From assembly GCA_019057865.1 (NCBI GenBank), contig JAHLWP010000010.1:1-64000 (forward strand): DNA of 64,000 nt. The letters run 5' to 3'. Position 1 is the first letter of the stretch. Each line of letters starts with the position of its first letter. The position numbers and the translations under genes are program-made. Source of the DNA: Promethearchaeota archaeon. GTDB lineage: Archaea > Asgardarchaeota > Lokiarchaeia > Sigyniarchaeales > SOKP01. Under the pieces are notes generated by a model, which saw nothing but the letters and a program-made list of their open reading frames with translations, had not been told where the DNA came from and did not search any database. Positions 62,620 to 64,000 of this stretch are shown here, one piece after another.

Positions 62620-63114
62620 TTACTTCCCTCCTTCATATTCAGGTTTATTAATCCAGTTTTCATATTCATCTTCTGGAACAAAGAAGAAATCTGTCATTTT
62701 CCCTTCTCTTACTTTGTTAAAAACAGCTCTAACTCTTCTTCCTTTTTTAATCTTAGAAGGAACTAAATTTTCTGAAAAAATTCCTTGAAGTAATGCGGTT
62801 TCTGCTCCATCTAATTTTATAAAGCCTATACTATAAGGTACGGCTTTTATAAATGCAGAAGTTGTATACCATACAATTGTGCTAACTTCTATAGTTCCTG
62901 TTTGGTTCAATTCTACCCATTTAGCAGGAGCAAAACAATCAGAGCAATTGATCCTTGGAGGCATCCATGTCTTTCCACATTTAGTACATTTTGTGCCCAA
63001 TAGTTTTTTATTTTTCATTAATTCTAAAAAGAATTTGGATTGTCCTCCCATTGTGTATTTGTAGTTGATCCTTATTACATCTCTTATTTGATGCTCCTGA
63101 AATTCTTCGCTCAT
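62620..63114 (-). CDS. DUF35 Zn-ribbon/OB-fold protein
   Basis: CTKCGKTWMPPRINCSDC; ATGA overlap with the upstream thiolase. Confidence 0.9.
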   Translation of the reverse strand: MSEEFQEHQIRDVIRINYKYTMGGQSKFFLELMKNKKLLGTKCTKCGKTWMPPRINCSDCFAPAKWVELNQTGTIEVSTIVWYTTSAFIKAVPYSIGFIKLDGAETALLQGIFSENLVPSKIKKGRRVRAVFNKVREGKMTDFFFVPEDEYENWINKPEYEGGK

Positions 63115-64000
63115 GGTTTTTTCAACCCCTCCTCATTTGTCATTACTATAACCGCAGCATATGCCGCTCCAGGGCCTCCTATTGAGTGAGCAATAGCTCT
63201 GCCATTTTCAATTGTTTTTATTTGATGCTTTCCAGCATCCTCTCTAAGCTGAAGTGCTGCTTCACCTGTAGACATTATCCCGGTAGCACCAACAGCATGA
63301 CCACATCCAATTAATCCACCGCAAGGGCAACATGGTAATTCACCATCTAACCATGGCCCCTCCCCTGGTTTTTCAAAGGATTTTTCAATCCATGGACCAC
63401 CTTCCCCAAAAGGAACAAACCCAAGCTCCTCATAAGAGATGACTTCTTATCCAGAGAATATCGAACTGATATTCATTGTCCTGAGAAGGCATCATGGAGC
63501 TCTGCTAAATCAATTTGTTCCTTTATTTTATTATAGTCTAAGCCTGCCATCTTATACGCGGCTTTTGCAGCAAAAATATTTGAATATAACCTTCCCATAT
63601 CTTCTCTATTTCCTATAAAACAATCGGTATTTGCTGCTGCGACACCAGTAATCCAAATCGGCTTTTCAATTTTTAATTCTCTTACTTTTTCTTCACTTGC
63701 GAGAATTAATGCTGCTGATGCTTCTGAATATAAACAACAATCAAGCATCTTGAAGGGATGACAAATTATCCTTGAGTATAGGACATCATCTAAGGAAATT
63801 TTCATAGGGGATTGTGCTTTTGGATTGAGCATAGCATTCCCATGGTTTTTTACGCTAACTTTAGCCAATTTTAACTAATTGTTAAGATTTAAAGCCATTT
63901 GTTCTTCGGTAGGATTACCGAATTCTTCATAATGGGCGTTTACCATAGAAACGTACGAGGTTGCTGCCATCATTCCCATAGGATATTTACGAAATATGTA
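63111..64000 (-). CDS. Thiolase-domain protein (5' end outside window) split by candidate BHB introns
   Basis: Removing 63861-63890 and 63449-63477 gives a continuous frame ...EEQMALVSVKNHGNA...DCCLYSE...ELHDAFSGQEVISYEELGF...GGLIGCGHAVGATG...AHSIGG...KKP*. Confidence 0.88.
63449..63477 (-). other. Candidate 29-nt BHB intron in thiolase mRNA
   Basis: Exon helix GAUG-c-CUUCU/AGAAG-u-CAUC, central helix CAGG/CUGG (one A.G mismatch), bulges AC|A and AU|A, intron hairpin GAAUAUC-AGUUC-GAUAUUC. Confidence 0.75.
63861..63890 (-). other. Candidate 30-nt BHB intron in thiolase mRNA
   Basis: Exon helix AAU/GUU, central helix GGCU/GGCU, bulges UU|A and AA|A, intron hairpin AAUcUUAAC-AAUUA-GUUAAaAUU; contains an in-frame UAG. 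Confidence 0.8.

Noticed and set aside
1594-63064. Numerous short antisense or overlapping ORFs in the track (e.g. 1594, 6324, 9815, 17279, 22375, 40302, 60180)
   Set aside because: Shadow ORFs opposite well-supported genes.
63360-63380. Hairpin UCCUUUG-AAAAAC-CAGGGGA inside the thiolase as a hidden in-frame intron
   Set aside because: The flanks do not form a 4-bp central helix and the frame is open.
63866-63880. 15-bp match CAATTTTAACTAATT between intron A and the 109-bp repeat
   Set aside because: Almost entirely A/T in an AT-rich genome; plausibly chance.
63863-63897. 5-bp direct repeat (AGCCA) flanking 25 bp, resembling a transposon footprint
   Set aside because: Not excluded but less parsimonious. 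The repeated GGCU is the self-pairing central helix of the BHB, the second insert has no perfect duplication, and no transposase is nearby.
63111-64000. Calling the thiolase a simple pseudogene
   Set aside because: There are no point lesions; both breaks are structured inserts whose BHB-predicted excision restores the frame.
1-64000. CRISPR arrays, tRNA/rRNA genes and IS elements
   Set aside because: No spaced repeats, GC-rich structured RNA-like segments or transposase motifs were recognised by eye.

Overview
AT-rich archaeal chromosomal window, most likely an Asgard archaeon of the Lokiarchaeia type. This is inferred from a Rab-like GTPase, a RagA/Gtr1-like GTPase with a roadblock domain, a roadblock protein, a presenilin-like protease and TPR/wHTH proteins, together with the H4MPT C1 genes mch, mtd and ftr, archaeal GlyRS, RecJ/GAN and a beta-CASP nuclease. 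Layout: 0-15 kb signalling and hypothetical genes; 15-31 kb housekeeping, C1 metabolism and purine salvage; 31-44 kb GNAT, TPR and miscellaneous enzymes; 44-54 kb and 62-64 kb acyl-CoA/lipid catabolism (four thiolase-like genes, four DUF35 OB-fold partners, BKACE, SCP2); 55-62 kb a visibly GC-richer polar amino-acid ABC transporter block with one intact and one decayed copy. Top observation: the last thiolase gene (63111-64000, minus strand) looks broken in the ORF track but is interrupted by two tiny inserts of 30 nt (63861-63890) and 29 nt (63449-63477). Each folds with its flanks into an archaeal bulge-helix-bulge (BHB) splice motif, and cutting at the canonical BHB positions restores the reading frame and conserved thiolase residues exactly. 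These are candidate tRNA-endonuclease-type introns in a metabolic mRNA. A third hairpin at the window edge may be another. No rRNA, tRNA, CRISPR array or transposase was recognised. All folding and alignment was done by eye.
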